Below are positions 1 to 10,027 of a stretch of 64,000 nt of DNA, in pieces; within the stretch, counting starts at the first letter, position 1; each line of letters opens with the position of its first letter. Source of the DNA: Thermodesulfobacteriota bacterium. GTDB taxonomy: Bacteria > Desulfobacterota_D > UBA1144 > Nemesobacterales > Nemesobacteraceae. The stretch covers positions 1,497,995-1,561,994 of the forward strand of contig OZ242002.1 of NCBI GenBank assembly GCA_965204665.1, in the 5' to 3' direction. The notes beneath the pieces were generated by a model. It was not told the DNA's origin. It saw nothing but the letters and a program-made list of their open reading frames with translations, and did no database searches. The translations under genes were made by a program, and so were the position numbers.

Positions 1-1
1 G

Positions 2-928
2 GTGCTGAGCGATAGGGATAAAAGAGCGCGTTATGACAGTTTCGGGCATATGTCCGGCACGGACATGGGTGGTTTTCCAAACGGTTTCAGCGACATCTTC
101 GGAGATATATTCGGTGATGTCTTCAACTCCGGCAGAGGTCGCAGTGCGAACCGGGCGCGCAAGGGCGCCGATATACGATATGACCTGGCTTTGGGGTTTG
201 AAGACGCGGCGTTCGGGACTGAGAAAGAGATAGTTATAAGAAAAAGAAAACAGTGTGATGACTGCTCCGGCTCGGGAGCGCAGCCGGGAGGTGAATCAAT
301 TTGCAGAAGTTGCGGAGGCGACGGAACAGTAGCGTATTCCCAAGGGCCTTTTTCAATCAGCCAGGGATGTCCTTCATGCGGCGGTAACGGGAAAATAATA
401 ACCGAACCCTGCCGAGAATGCCGGGGTTCCGGAGTTTCCTATGCGGACAAATCCGTTAAAGTGAAAATTCCGGCCGGAATCTCAAACGGGATGAGTCTTA
501 TCATAAGAGGTGAAGGAGAGTTCGGAACTCGGGGAGGCCCCCCGGGGGATCTGTACATACAGGTAACCGTGGATGAACATCCGGTCTTCAGACGGGAGGG
601 AAACGACATCATATGCGAACTTCCGATAAGCATCGCCCAAGCCGCGCTGGGATGCGAGGTCGAGGTTCCCGCTCTTCAGGGCGCAAGAGAAATCAAGATA
701 CATCCGGGCACACAACCGAGTCAGACTATAAGGATAAGGGGAGGCGGTATCGTCGATGTCAACTCGGGAGACCTGGGTGATCAGTACGTCGTCGTAAAAG
801 TCGTGGTACCTCAAAAACTCACCAGAAAGCAGAAAAAGACTCTGTTGGATTTTGAGGAAAACTACGACCGGAAGAAAGAACCCGTCATCGAGAAATATCT
901 GAGCAAGATAAAAGAGTTGCTCAACTGA
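2..928 (+). CDS. dnaJ: Chaperone DnaJ, C-terminal part (5' end outside the window)
   Basis: Four CxxCxGxG zinc-finger repeats (CDDCSGSG, CRSCGGDG, CPSCGGNG, CRECRGSG) followed by a DnaJ C-terminal domain. The ORF is open to the window edge. Confidence 0.9.
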   Translation: MLSDRDKRARYDSFGHMSGTDMGGFPNGFSDIFGDIFGDVFNSGRGRSANRARKGADIRYDLALGFEDAAFGTEKEIVIRKRKQCDDCSGSGAQPGGESICRSCGGDGTVAYSQGPFSISQGCPSCGGNGKIITEPCRECRGSGVSYADKSVKVKIPAGISNGMSLIIRGEGEFGTRGGPPGDLYIQVTVDEHPVFRREGNDIICELPISIAQAALGCEVEVPALQGAREIKIHPGTQPSQTIRIRGGGIVDVNSGDLGDQYVVVKVVVPQKLTRKQKKTLLDFEENYDRKKEPVIEKYLSKIKELLN

Positions 929-966
929 AATCAGTTCACGACATCATAGTCGCGCGAGGAAGGAAA

Positions 967-1239
967 TCATCCTCCCGCTATTGCCGGGATGATCGACACA
1001 ACGGCTCCGTCGTTGAGTTTCGTATCCATTCCTTCCAGGAACCTTATGTCTTCGTTGTTCACGTAGACATTTATGAACCTTCTCAGCGACCCGCTGTCAT
1101 CGCAGAGTCTGCTCTTAATCCCGGGGCATTCAGTTTCGAGTTTGTCCACGAGTTCCGATACATCGGCCGCATCTATTTCAACTTCGCCTCTGTCTTTTGA
1201 GAGTTTTCTAAGAGGGGTTGGGATTCTTACCGATACCAT
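967..1239 (-). CDS. MoaD/ThiS-family small sulfur-carrier protein
   Basis: 90 aa protein ending in Gly-Gly (...PAIAGG) with a beta-grasp-like sequence. It lies immediately downstream of the ThrC-family gene on the same strand. Confidence 0.65.
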   Translation of the reverse strand: MVSVRIPTPLRKLSKDRGEVEIDAADVSELVDKLETECPGIKSRLCDDSGSLRRFINVYVNNEDIRFLEGMDTKLNDGAVVSIIPAIAGG

Positions 1240-1309
1240 GTTTTTCTCTCCTTAAAGTTTTATTCTGATCTTTGCCCGACAATTTTTCCGCGGCGGTTCA
1301 GTGTACCAT

Positions 1310-2548
1310 CTAATTTGCCAGTTTTTTATTGTAGAGTTCTTGAAAGTCCTCAATGGTCGGCTCGATTATTTCCGGTTCGTCAAGGCTTGTTGAGACCGCA
1401 TCTTGAGTTTTGAGGCCGTTTCCGGTTATTGAGACCACTATGGGTTCATCACGCGGAATAATGCCGTTGTCTATAAGTTTTTTCGTCGTCCCGAGAGTTA
1501 CTCCACCTGCAGTTTCAGTGTATATTCCTTCTGTTTCCGCAAGGAGTTTTATCGCTTCCACTATTTCCGCATCGCTTACGTCCTCCGCCGCGCCGCCGCT
1601 TTCCCTTATTATGTTCATGGCGTAGTAGCCGTCTGCCGGAGTTCCTATGGCTAGTGATTTCGCTATGGTGTCGGGTTTTACGGGCTTGAACATGTCCCAG
1701 CCGTTTTTAAACGCGGTTGATATGGGTGAACATCCGGTCGCTTGGGCTCCGTATATCCTTGTGCCCTCAGGTTCGACTATTCCCATCATTTCAAACTCCT
1801 GCACCGCTTTCCATATCTTGGTCAGAAGAGATCCGCTTGCCATCGGAACCACTATGTGTTTCGGTGCTCTCCATCCGAGTTGCTCCATTACCTCAAACCC
1901 GAAGGACTTGGATCCCTCAGAATAGTAGGGCCTCATGTTTATGTTCACGAATGCCCAGTTGTATTCGCCAGCAATCTGGCTGCAGAGTCTGTTTACGTCG
2001 TCATAGACGCCTTTCACTCCTATAAGATTCGCTCCGTAGACTACCGTATTGAGTATTTTTGAGCGCTCGAGATCATGGGGGATAAGTATGAAACTTTTGA
2101 GGTTTCCGCTTGCTGAAAGTGATGCCACAGAATTTGCGAGATTTCCTGTGGATGCGCATCCGGTCGTATCAAATCCGAATTCTTTTGCTTTTGAGAGGGC
2201 GACGGATACGACTCTGTCCTTGAAGGAAAGAGTCGGATAGCAGACGGCGTCATTCTTTATATAGATTTCACCGACACCCAAAGATTCTGCAAGATTTGTT
2301 GCTCTTACAAGTGGCGTGTATCCGACTTGAGCACCTATCGCCGGCTCAGAATCAATCGGCAGCAGTTCGGCGTATCTCCATATGTTCTGTGCTCGAGGTG
2401 TTATTTTTTCCCTGGAGAAGTTCTTTTTAATCTCCTCATAATCGTAGGCCACCTCCAGAGGGCCGAAACACATCTCGCATACATGTTTCGGTTCCTTGGG
2501 GTAAAACTCCCCGCACTCCTTGCATTTAAGAGATTTTACAAACCCCAT
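1310..2548 (-). CDS. Threonine synthase-family (fold type II PLP) enzyme with N-terminal Cys4 zinc ribbon
   Basis: PLP-lysine motif SFKDRVVS and an N-terminal CKECG...CEMC ribbon. The likely start is the ATG at 2548 (MGFVKSLK), preceded by GGAGGA. The ORF-track start at 2704 is an upstream extension. Confidence 0.8.
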   Translation of the reverse strand: MGFVKSLKCKECGEFYPKEPKHVCEMCFGPLEVAYDYEEIKKNFSREKITPRAQNIWRYAELLPIDSEPAIGAQVGYTPLVRATNLAESLGVGEIYIKNDAVCYPTLSFKDRVVSVALSKAKEFGFDTTGCASTGNLANSVASLSASGNLKSFILIPHDLERSKILNTVVYGANLIGVKGVYDDVNRLCSQIAGEYNWAFVNINMRPYYSEGSKSFGFEVMEQLGWRAPKHIVVPMASGSLLTKIWKAVQEFEMMGIVEPEGTRIYGAQATGCSPISTAFKNGWDMFKPVKPDTIAKSLAIGTPADGYYAMNIIRESGGAAEDVSDAEIVEAIKLLAETEGIYTETAGGVTLGTTKKLIDNGIIPRDEPIVVSITGNGLKTQDAVSTSLDEPEIIEPTIEDFQELYNKKLAN

Positions 2549-2705
2549 GATTCCTCCGGAAACAATATAAAGAGAAATAAAAATTACCTTAACATGTTTT
2601 GAAGTCAAAGAATTGAGACTTCGAGGCAGCTGCACTGCTGGTGATGACGGTCGCTGAATTTGCCCGCAAAAACAGAAAGCAGTTGTCCAAAGTGCGTTAA
2701 ACATG

Positions 2706-2743
2706 TAACCGTTCAGTCAAGGTGCGACGGATTGGGAAGTTTC
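2706..2743 (+). repeat. Conserved non-coding motif taaccgttcNgtcaaggtg...gattgggaNgtttc, copy A
   Basis: Near-identical to 54562-54599, with a partial copy at 54723-54747. Its reverse complement contains cTTGAC, which is -35-like. Confidence 0.5.
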
Positions 2744-2962
2744 GGCAGTTCCGCGACACGACAGCATAGACTCAGTCCCGAGGGACACCGTACGGCTTCC
2801 CTCAATCGGAACGGGTCGGAACCGCGCAGGGACGCGGACGCTGCGACCGGTACAGTTAATTCCGCAACGACTCGGTGATTATGACAAGGAAGCCGACCTT
2901 AAGGGCCATTGCAACCTAAGTGCCTCTTTCAGGTAAACTTCCGCGTAAAAAGGAGATACCAG

Positions 2963-3754
2963 ATGTATGTACTTAGAGAAAGCGGATTCTCCATACACGG
3001 TTTTAAGGTTGACGGAAGTTCTCGGAACTACAATTATCTTGTCGCCTGCGAGCATACAGGAGAGTGCGTCGTCATAGACCCCCTTGATCCGATAACCTTA
3101 CTTGAGATAATACGCAAAATGGATTACAGGGTCTCGTATGTGGTGAACACGCACGCACACTCAGATCACACGAAGGGAAACGATCCAATAATCAAGGTCT
3201 TTCTCTCATCGAAGATACTCATACACAAAATGGCTCTCGACTACGTTTCTCCCAGAAGTGATGGACTGGATGAGGGAGACGCAATAGATTTTGGAAAACA
3301 GCAATTGCGGGTCATTCACACCCCGGGACATTGTCCGGAGCACATCTCGCTTCTGATAGGGGACAACATTTTTCTGGGTGACACCGTGTTTGTTTCGGGA
3401 TGCGGGAATGTCAAGTTCAGAGGCGATGCGGAAGAACTCTGCCGGACCTTCGAGACAAAAATATCAGAACTTCCCGGGACCCTTCGCATGTTCTGCGGTC
3501 ACGACTACGCGGAAAACAATTTAAATTTTCTGCTTTCCCTCACTCCTGATAACGCGGCTGCGAAAATAAAACTTGCGGAACTTCACGAGAATAAATTTCC
3601 TCGATCAACCCTAGGGGAGGAAAGAAAGTACAATCCGTTTATGAGGACATCTGATCCTGACCTCATTTCTGCGCTTGCAGAAAAAAATCCGTCTATGGGT
3701 GATAATCCGAGAGATGTCTTCATAAAACTGAGAGAACTCAGGGACAGTTGGTAA
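2963..3754 (+). CDS. Metallo-beta-lactamase-fold hydrolase (glyoxalase II-like)
   Basis: THAHSDH metal-binding motif. AAGGAGA lies 6 nt upstream of the ATG at 2963. A 48 bp gap to metH suggests co-transcription. Confidence 0.75.
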   Translation: MYVLRESGFSIHGFKVDGSSRNYNYLVACEHTGECVVIDPLDPITLLEIIRKMDYRVSYVVNTHAHSDHTKGNDPIIKVFLSSKILIHKMALDYVSPRSDGLDEGDAIDFGKQQLRVIHTPGHCPEHISLLIGDNIFLGDTVFVSGCGNVKFRGDAEELCRTFETKISELPGTLRMFCGHDYAENNLNFLLSLTPDNAAAKIKLAELHENKFPRSTLGEERKYNPFMRTSDPDLISALAEKNPSMGDNPRDVFIKLRELRDSW

Positions 3755-3802
3755 AACATCCTTTCCGAATTACGAAAAAACGTTTTTTCAGGTGAAATTG
3801 AA

Positions 3803-6800
3803 ATGAAGACGAATAAAAAAACCAGTTCGTCATATGAGCAACTGAATGCTCTTCTGGATGAGAGAATTCTTTTTCTGGACGGGGCGATGGGAACCATGAT
3901 CCAGCGCCACAAACTTACAGAAGAGCATTTCAGGGGGAAATTGTTTGAGGACCACTCTGTGGACCTGAAGGGGAACAATGATCTGCTTACTCTTACTCAA
4001 CCCGAAATCATATACCAAATCCACACTGCCTACTTTGAGGCGGGCGCTGATATAGTGGAGACGAACACCTTCAGTTCCACTTCAATAGCCCAAGCTGATT
4101 ACGGACTCTCCGACTGGGCTTACAAACTTAATTTCGAGTCCGCCGGAATCGCGAAAAGAGCCGCACGGGACTTTATGGATGAAAACCCTAACAGACAGTG
4201 CTTCGTCGCAGGTTCTCTCGGCCCCACGAATAAGACCGCCTCAATGTCTCCTGATGTAAACGACCCCTCATACAGGTCCATCACGTTCGATGAATTGGTG
4301 AAGGCGTATCGTGAACAGACACAGGCTCTTGTAGAGGGCGGCGCGGACATACTTCTTCCGGAAACTACCTTCGACACCCTGAATCTCAAAGCTGCCGTAT
4401 ATGCGATTGAAGATTTTTTCTCCGATTACGGAGAGAGACTTCCGGTTATGGTCTCCGTAACCATAACGGATCGTTCCGGACGTACGCTTTCAGGTCAGAC
4501 GGTGGAAGCGTTCTGGAATTCGGTACGGCACGCAAAGCCTCTTAGCGTCGGTCTTAACTGCGCTATGGGAGCACGGGATATGCGCCCTTACTTAGAGGAA
4601 ATTTCAAACATCGCGGACTGCAGGGTGAGTTGCTATCCTAATGCCGGGCTTCCGAATCCGCTCAGTGAGACCGGATATGATGAAACTCCTGAAACCACTT
4701 CTGAAATCCTGCTTGATTTCGCCCGAAGCGGTTTTCTCAATATTGTCGGCGGATGCTGCGGCACTACTCCTGACCATATAAGGGCGGTGGTCGAAAGACT
4801 TTCCCCGATAACTCCGAGAGACATCCCGGCAACTAAGAGTCTTACCAGACTCAGTGGACTTGAGCCGCTTAATATATCGGCTTCGGCAGAAGCGCCTTTT
4901 GTATTGATAGGGGAGAGAACCAACGTCACGGGGTCTCCAAAGTTTTCAGAACTGGTGAAGCAGGGAGATTTCGAAGGTGCGGTCTCAGTTGCGTTTCAGC
5001 AGGTTCAGAATGGAGCAAACATAATAGATGTAAATTTCGATGAAGGACTTCTGGATTCAGAAGAATGCATGAAGCGGTTTCTAAATCTTATCGCGTCGGA
5101 GCCTGAAGTGACGAAAGTTCCGATAATGATAGACAGTTCTAAATGGTCCGTCATAGAGCAGGGTCTCAAATGCATACAGGGTAAGTGCATAGTGAATTCC
5201 ATAAGCCTCAAGGAAGGTGAAGAGACGTTCTGCCGGCATGCGCGCTCTGCGATGCGCTATGGTGCGGCTGTTGTTGTGATGGCTTTCGACGAGAAGGGAC
5301 AGGCGGTTGAGAAACAGGAAAAGGTCGACATATGCAGAAGGGCTTACCGAATACTCACGGAAGAAGTCGGAATGGACCCCTGCGACATAATTTTTGATCC
5401 CAATATCCTTACTGTGGGTACCGGTATAGAGGAACATGATCCATACGCGGTGAATTTCATGGAAGCTGTAAGAGAGATAAAGCGGGCTTGTCCTAAATCT
5501 CTTACAAGCGGAGGAGTGAGCAACATATCGTTTGCTTTTAGGGGAAACAACGTGGTGCGTGAAGCCATGCACAGCGCATTTCTGTACCACTCGATAAAAT
5601 GCGGTCTCGACTTGGGAATAGTAAACGCGGGTATGCTGGCTGTCTATGACGATATAGAACCCGAACTGCTCCGCATGGTGGAAGATGTTCTCCTTAACCG
5701 CCGCCCTGACGCGACGGAGAAACTTGTGGAGTATGCAAAGCATTTTGAAGGAGTAAAGACGGGTTCTTCTGAAAGGGACGGCGCCGAGTGGAGAGAGGAA
5801 TCTGTGGAGAAACGCCTTGAGTACTCACTTGTAAACGGCGTAACGGACTTTATAGAGAGCGACACTGAAGAGGCTCGGGCGAAATACGGCAGGCCTCTTG
5901 AGGTCATAGAGGGTCCTCTTATGGATGGCATGAAGGTCGTGGGGGACTTGTTCGGCGACGGCAGAATGTTTCTTCCTCAGGTGGTGAAAAGCGCCAGGGT
6001 GATGAAAAGAGCTGTCGCTTACCTGCAGCCGTTTATGGAGAAAGAAAAAACTACAGGCGGGTCGTCTAAGGGAAAGTTCGTCATAGCTACGGTTAAGGGA
6101 GATGTTCACGATATCGGGAAAAACATCGTGTCAGTAGTTCTGAGTTGCAATAACTACGAGGTTATAGATCTCGGAGTTATGGTTCCATGCGATAGAATTC
6201 TGAATGCGGCGAAGCAGGAATGTGCAGATTTTATAGGTCTGAGCGGACTCATAACGCCGTCTCTTGACGAAATGGTGCATAACGCAGCGCAGATGGAACG
6301 CGAGGGATTTAAAATTCCGCTTCTGATCGGCGGAGCAACAACCAGCAGGGCGCATACTGCGATAAAAATAGCTCCTTTCTACAGGGGTATAGTGGATTAC
6401 ATACCGGATGCGTCTCTTGTGGTTGGGGTGTGTAATCAGATAACGAATCCGGAAAAAATCTCTAATTACAAAAAAAATCTTAAAAAAAGCAACTTTGAGC
6501 AGCAGAAGTTGTTTGAGCAGGCGAAGTCGAAGATAGAATGTCTTTCTCTTGAGGAGGCGAGGAAGAAAGCTTTTTCCACAGACTGGGAAAACACGGAACC
6601 TGATTATCCGGAAAAACTCGGGATTTTCGTATATGACGAAATTGACCTTGCCGAAGTCTCAGAATATATAGACTGGTCTCCGTTTTTTTGGGCGTGGGAA
6701 CTCAAGGGAGTTTTCCCGAAAATCCTTGATCATCCGAAAAGAGGGAAGCAAGCCAGAGAACTTTATCGCGACGGCAAATCGCTTATGGATAGAATAGTCT

Positions 6801-7498
6801 CGGAAAAATTATTTTCGCCCAAAGCGGTTGCAGGAATGTTTCGTGCCAACAGCGTAGTGGATGATGTTGAAATGTACTCGGAGGACGGGAAGCGGGTTGC
6901 CGTATTTCATTTTCTCCGTCAACAGGAAGTTAAAGGGGGGATTCACTACTGTCTGTCTGATTTCGTAGCTCCCGCGGAGCGCGGAAAAAAAGATTATATG
7001 GGATGCTTCGTTGTGACTTCGGGAGATGAGGTGGAAAAATTGTCCGGTGAATTCAAGTCTGCGGGGGATGTCTACAACTCCATTATGATAAGCCTTCTGG
7101 GGGATAGGATAGCGGAAGCACTTGCTGAGATTATCCACAAAAGAATAAGAGACCTGTGGGGTTACGGCAAAAAGGAGAAACTGACACCTTCAGACGTAAT
7201 AAAGGGAAAGTACAGGGGAATAAGACCGGCTCCGGGTTATCCTGCTTGTCCTGATCACACTGAAAAAAATACGCTGTGGAAACTTCTTGACGCTCAGAGG
7301 CACACGGGGGTTTCTCTTACCGAGAGTTTTGCCATGAGTCCTCCAAGTTCCGTATCGGGTTTTTACATTGCGCATCCGCGGTCGCGGTATTTTACGCTCG
7401 GTAGAATAACAAAAGACCAAGTTGTTGATTACGCGAGAAGAAAACAAACGACTTCTGTTTACGTAGAGAAGTGGCTTTCTCCTAATTTAGGGTACTGA
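3803..7498 (+). CDS. metH: Cobalamin-dependent methionine synthase
   Basis: 1231 aa with homocysteine-binding, pterin-binding, B12-binding (GDVHDIGKN, the DxHxxG motif) and AdoMet-activation domains in the canonical order. Confidence 0.95.
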   Translation: MKTNKKTSSSYEQLNALLDERILFLDGAMGTMIQRHKLTEEHFRGKLFEDHSVDLKGNNDLLTLTQPEIIYQIHTAYFEAGADIVETNTFSSTSIAQADYGLSDWAYKLNFESAGIAKRAARDFMDENPNRQCFVAGSLGPTNKTASMSPDVNDPSYRSITFDELVKAYREQTQALVEGGADILLPETTFDTLNLKAAVYAIEDFFSDYGERLPVMVSVTITDRSGRTLSGQTVEAFWNSVRHAKPLSVGLNCAMGARDMRPYLEEISNIADCRVSCYPNAGLPNPLSETGYDETPETTSEILLDFARSGFLNIVGGCCGTTPDHIRAVVERLSPITPRDIPATKSLTRLSGLEPLNISASAEAPFVLIGERTNVTGSPKFSELVKQGDFEGAVSVAFQQVQNGANIIDVNFDEGLLDSEECMKRFLNLIASEPEVTKVPIMIDSSKWSVIEQGLKCIQGKCIVNSISLKEGEETFCRHARSAMRYGAAVVVMAFDEKGQAVEKQEKVDICRRAYRILTEEVGMDPCDIIFDPNILTVGTGIEEHDPYAVNFMEAVREIKRACPKSLTSGGVSNISFAFRGNNVVREAMHSAFLYHSIKCGLDLGIVNAGMLAVYDDIEPELLRMVEDVLLNRRPDATEKLVEYAKHFEGVKTGSSERDGAEWREESVEKRLEYSLVNGVTDFIESDTEEARAKYGRPLEVIEGPLMDGMKVVGDLFGDGRMFLPQVVKSARVMKRAVAYLQPFMEKEKTTGGSSKGKFVIATVKGDVHDIGKNIVSVVLSCNNYEVIDLGVMVPCDRILNAAKQECADFIGLSGLITPSLDEMVHNAAQMEREGFKIPLLIGGATTSRAHTAIKIAPFYRGIVDYIPDASLVVGVCNQITNPEKISNYKKNLKKSNFEQQKLFEQAKSKIECLSLEEARKKAFSTDWENTEPDYPEKLGIFVYDEIDLAEVSEYIDWSPFFWAWELKGVFPKILDHPKRGKQARELYRDGKSLMDRIVSEKLFSPKAVAGMFRANSVVDDVEMYSEDGKRVAVFHFLRQQEVKGGIHYCLSDFVAPAERGKKDYMGCFVVTSGDEVEKLSGEFKSAGDVYNSIMISLLGDRIAEALAEIIHKRIRDLWGYGKKEKLTPSDVIKGKYRGIRPAPGYPACPDHTEKNTLWKLLDAQRHTGVSLTESFAMSPPSSVSGFYIAHPRSRYFTLGRITKDQVVDYARRKQTTSVYVEKWLSPNLGY

Positions 7499-7706
7499 TG
7501 GAGTTATGTCACGCTCTTTTTTTGTTTTATAAAATCAAGGACACCGGTTTCTTTACATCACGGTATTATAAGATATACGGGGAATCGTTTGGTCGGAATT
7601 CATCTTCCCGCTGTTGTTCTATGTATTGCAGGGCGACATGAGATTACAATGATGTTTTTACGTTGTCCAAGGTTGCTATTTTCACTTCAGACAGATTCAC
7701 TGCAAT

Positions 7707-7740
7707 AAATCTGGGTCTCAATTTCTTGAGACCCAGATTT
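7707..7740 (-). terminator. Hairpin terminator after RTX-lipoprotein paralog 1
   Basis: Perfect stem aaatctgggtctcaa/ttgagacccagattt with A/T runs on both sides. It is homologous to the hairpin after paralog 3 (56389-56424). Confidence 0.55.
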
Positions 7741-7815
7741 ATCTCGAAAAAAACGAACAGGGTTTACTGAATATAAGGCGGGGCCGTTTCTTTTACGAAA
7801 ACAACTTCACCTGAT

Positions 7816-9255
7816 TCAGTCTACGAACTCATACTTGTTCTGGCTGATTATATTCCCCGCTCGGTCGTTGTTTGCCGAGCCGCTTACTCGTATCTCAACA
7901 ACTTCAACTGCTCCTACGGAAATCTTGCCGGCAGCGTTGGTCAACGCTCTGGCCCCCGCCGCGAAGCCGCTGAACTGAATCTTGTCGTCCGCCAGTGTGA
8001 AGTCCGTAATGATGTCCACACCGCCGTCGGCTTTTCTGATGAGGAAAGTGTCGTTTCCGGCTCCTCCCGTAAGGTTGTCGGCGCCTTCTTCGCCTATGAG
8101 AACATCATTTCCCGCTCCGCCGTTGAGATTGTCTTCGCCTTTACCGCCTCTGAGGGTGTCGTTTCCTCCCCTACCTTCAAGAGTGTCGCCGGCGTTTCCT
8201 CCTGTGAGAGTATTCGCCTTGCTGTCCCCTTTGAAAGTAACAGATGAAATACGAGGAGCGGACCTGAAACTTGCCAGTACGGCTGAAAGGTTCTCGAAGT
8301 TGGACATATTGGAAGTATGAGTGCTGTCTGTAAGATCGAATTCGTTTCTGTGCCCGGTGCCGTCCACCGTGTAGGTGTTGCCTTGGATGAAATACTGACC
8401 TCCGTACACTATAAGAGTATCGTTGCCTTCACCGCCGTCTGCCGTACCTGCAGAGCCGTTAGCAAATTTAAGAGGAGAGGGTTCGATCGTATCATCTCCC
8501 TTGCCGCCTATCAGAGTATCCGCACCGTACCATCCGATCAGAACGTTGTCCCCGTCGTCTCCCGTGATGTGGTCGTCACCTCTGCTGCCCGCAACATCCT
8601 CGATACTCTCAAATGTATCATTCCCGAATGTGGCGTGCGTGAAGGTTTCTGAACTGAGGTCGAAAGTAACAGCCACCTTCCGCGTGTCACTCGATATATT
8701 CCCGCCGAAAGCAGCAGGGGGACCGGAAAAAAATAACATGTCCCGCCCGAGGCCGCCGTTGAACGTGTCGTCTCCCGGGTCCGTAATGAAGAAGAAATCA
8801 GTTCCCCCGCCGCCGTGGAGTTCATCATTTCCGGCGTCACCATAGATATCCTCGCTCCCGTCACCGCCGTAGAGAGTGTCGGTACCTGCTCCACCCCGAA
8901 TATAGTCATCCCCGCCTTCGCCGTAAACAACATCATCACCGTCTCCGGCTCTGATCTCGTTGGTGTCATCATTTCCGCAGATGACGTCGTCATCTGCGGT
9001 TCCCTGAATTAACCGTACGCCTCTCACCGCATTTATACCGTCACTTCTATCGCATCTGGGATCATCGGTCGGTGCCGGGTCCCCGCCCGGGTCACCTTTG
9101 TCCCCCTTATCTCCTTTCGGTCCCGCCACTCCAGGGTCTCCCTTATCTCCTTTTGCCCCGTCTTTCCCTGCCGGACCCATCTCTCCTTCACAGGCGGCAA
9201 GGAAAACCGCTCCGCCGAGCAGAAACAACATCACTAAGAAATTACGTAATCTCAT
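7816..9255 (-). CDS. Lipoprotein with collagen-like Gly-X-Y repeats and RTX (GGxGxD) calcium-binding beta-roll repeats, paralog 1
   Basis: Signal peptide plus lipobox (LAAC), then GPAGKDGAKGDKGDPG...-type triplets, then many GGAGNDTL / GGxGxD nonapeptide repeats. The C-terminal ~230 aa are about 90% identical to paralog 3. GGAGG RBS. Confidence 0.85.
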   Translation of the reverse strand: MRLRNFLVMLFLLGGAVFLAACEGEMGPAGKDGAKGDKGDPGVAGPKGDKGDKGDPGGDPAPTDDPRCDRSDGINAVRGVRLIQGTADDDVICGNDDTNEIRAGDGDDVVYGEGGDDYIRGGAGTDTLYGGDGSEDIYGDAGNDELHGGGGTDFFFITDPGDDTFNGGLGRDMLFFSGPPAAFGGNISSDTRKVAVTFDLSSETFTHATFGNDTFESIEDVAGSRGDDHITGDDGDNVLIGWYGADTLIGGKGDDTIEPSPLKFANGSAGTADGGEGNDTLIVYGGQYFIQGNTYTVDGTGHRNEFDLTDSTHTSNMSNFENLSAVLASFRSAPRISSVTFKGDSKANTLTGGNAGDTLEGRGGNDTLRGGKGEDNLNGGAGNDVLIGEEGADNLTGGAGNDTFLIRKADGGVDIITDFTLADDKIQFSGFAAGARALTNAAGKISVGAVEVVEIRVSGSANNDRAGNIISQNKYEFVD

Positions 9256-9357
9256 AATACAACCTCCTCATAAAAAGATGCTTCGTTTATTTACATAGAG
9301 TCGGAGTCAGTTATCCACTCCCGTTAAATTTGCTGTAACCCTACGCAACAGGCTTCA

Positions 9358-9384
9358 ATTTTACCCCCCCCCGATTTGAGTCAA
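9358..9384 (-). promoter_or_regulatory. Sigma70-like promoter with poly-G(9) spacer tract upstream of paralog 1
   Basis: On the minus strand: TTGACT - caaatc + G9 (15 nt spacer) - TAAAAT. It lies about 100 nt upstream of the ATG at 9255. Confidence 0.6.
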
Positions 9385-9736
9385 GCCCTTTTTTCGGCGT
9401 GGAGAATCACATACCTGTAATCCCGCCTGAGTGCTGAGTCGAGAGGGGCTGCAGGCGGACCGGACACCGGCGGGGTCCCCGCAAAGCACTGACGGCGGGG
9501 CTGCAGTTGCGCAGTCTGAAGGATGCTCCGGGCTGGGTGCTTGAGTTCCGCCGGCACTACCCGCTCACACAATACTGACGACAACACGCTTTATGGTGGC
9601 AGACACGCACTCATACATCCTCATTACATGAAGATTGAGCCCGAAAACGTTACGGCGCAACTGGCTCACAGATGATTTTCTTGACAATCCGTCCCGGAAT
9701 ATTTACAATGATACGAAATGGTTTTCATGGAGAGTT

Positions 9737-10027
9737 ATGAAAAAATCCGAATTTGAAGAGAAAATTTCCAGAGAGTTTGGTCTTAATTTCTCAGAATCCA
9801 GAAAAGTCGTTGATACCATAGTTAACTCCATGAGCGACACGCTTGGTGAAGGCGGCGGAATAGAGATAAGAGGTTTCGGGAGTCTCTATACCAAGTCCTA
9901 TATGCCTTATGAGGGAAGAAATCCTAGAACTGGAGATAAGATATCTGTCGCTGCAAAAATTCTGCCTATGTTCAAGGTGAGCAGATTACTTCTTTCCAGT
10001 CTTTCTGAAAAACCTGATGAAGAGTGA
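9737..10027 (+). CDS. HU/IHF-family DNA-binding protein
   Basis: GFGSLYTKSYMPYEGRNPRTGDKISVAAKILPMFK arm motif. The likely start is the ATG at 9737 (MKKSEFEEK...), not the ORF-track start at 9635. Confidence 0.8.
   Translation: MKKSEFEEKISREFGLNFSESRKVVDTIVNSMSDTLGEGGGIEIRGFGSLYTKSYMPYEGRNPRTGDKISVAAKILPMFKVSRLLLSSLSEKPDEE

Noticed and set aside
2549-2962. Possible SAM or B12 riboswitch in the thrC-like/MBL-metH divergent region
   Set aside because: Looked for SAM-I and cobalamin box consensus elements on both strands and found none. Only a TTGACT-N17-TAATTT promoter-like element and the 38 nt repeat motif are evident.
5081-5743. 220 aa antisense ORF within metH, and other antisense ORFs at 4120-6355
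   Set aside because: Lie entirely within the well-supported 1231 aa metH reading frame. No motifs.
8423-8993. Overlapping ORFs on both strands inside RTX paralog 1. Similar sets occur inside paralogs 2 and 3 (41307-41723, 55157-56168).
   Set aside because: Products of repetitive GGxGxD coding DNA read in other frames (P/S-rich). There is no independent support.
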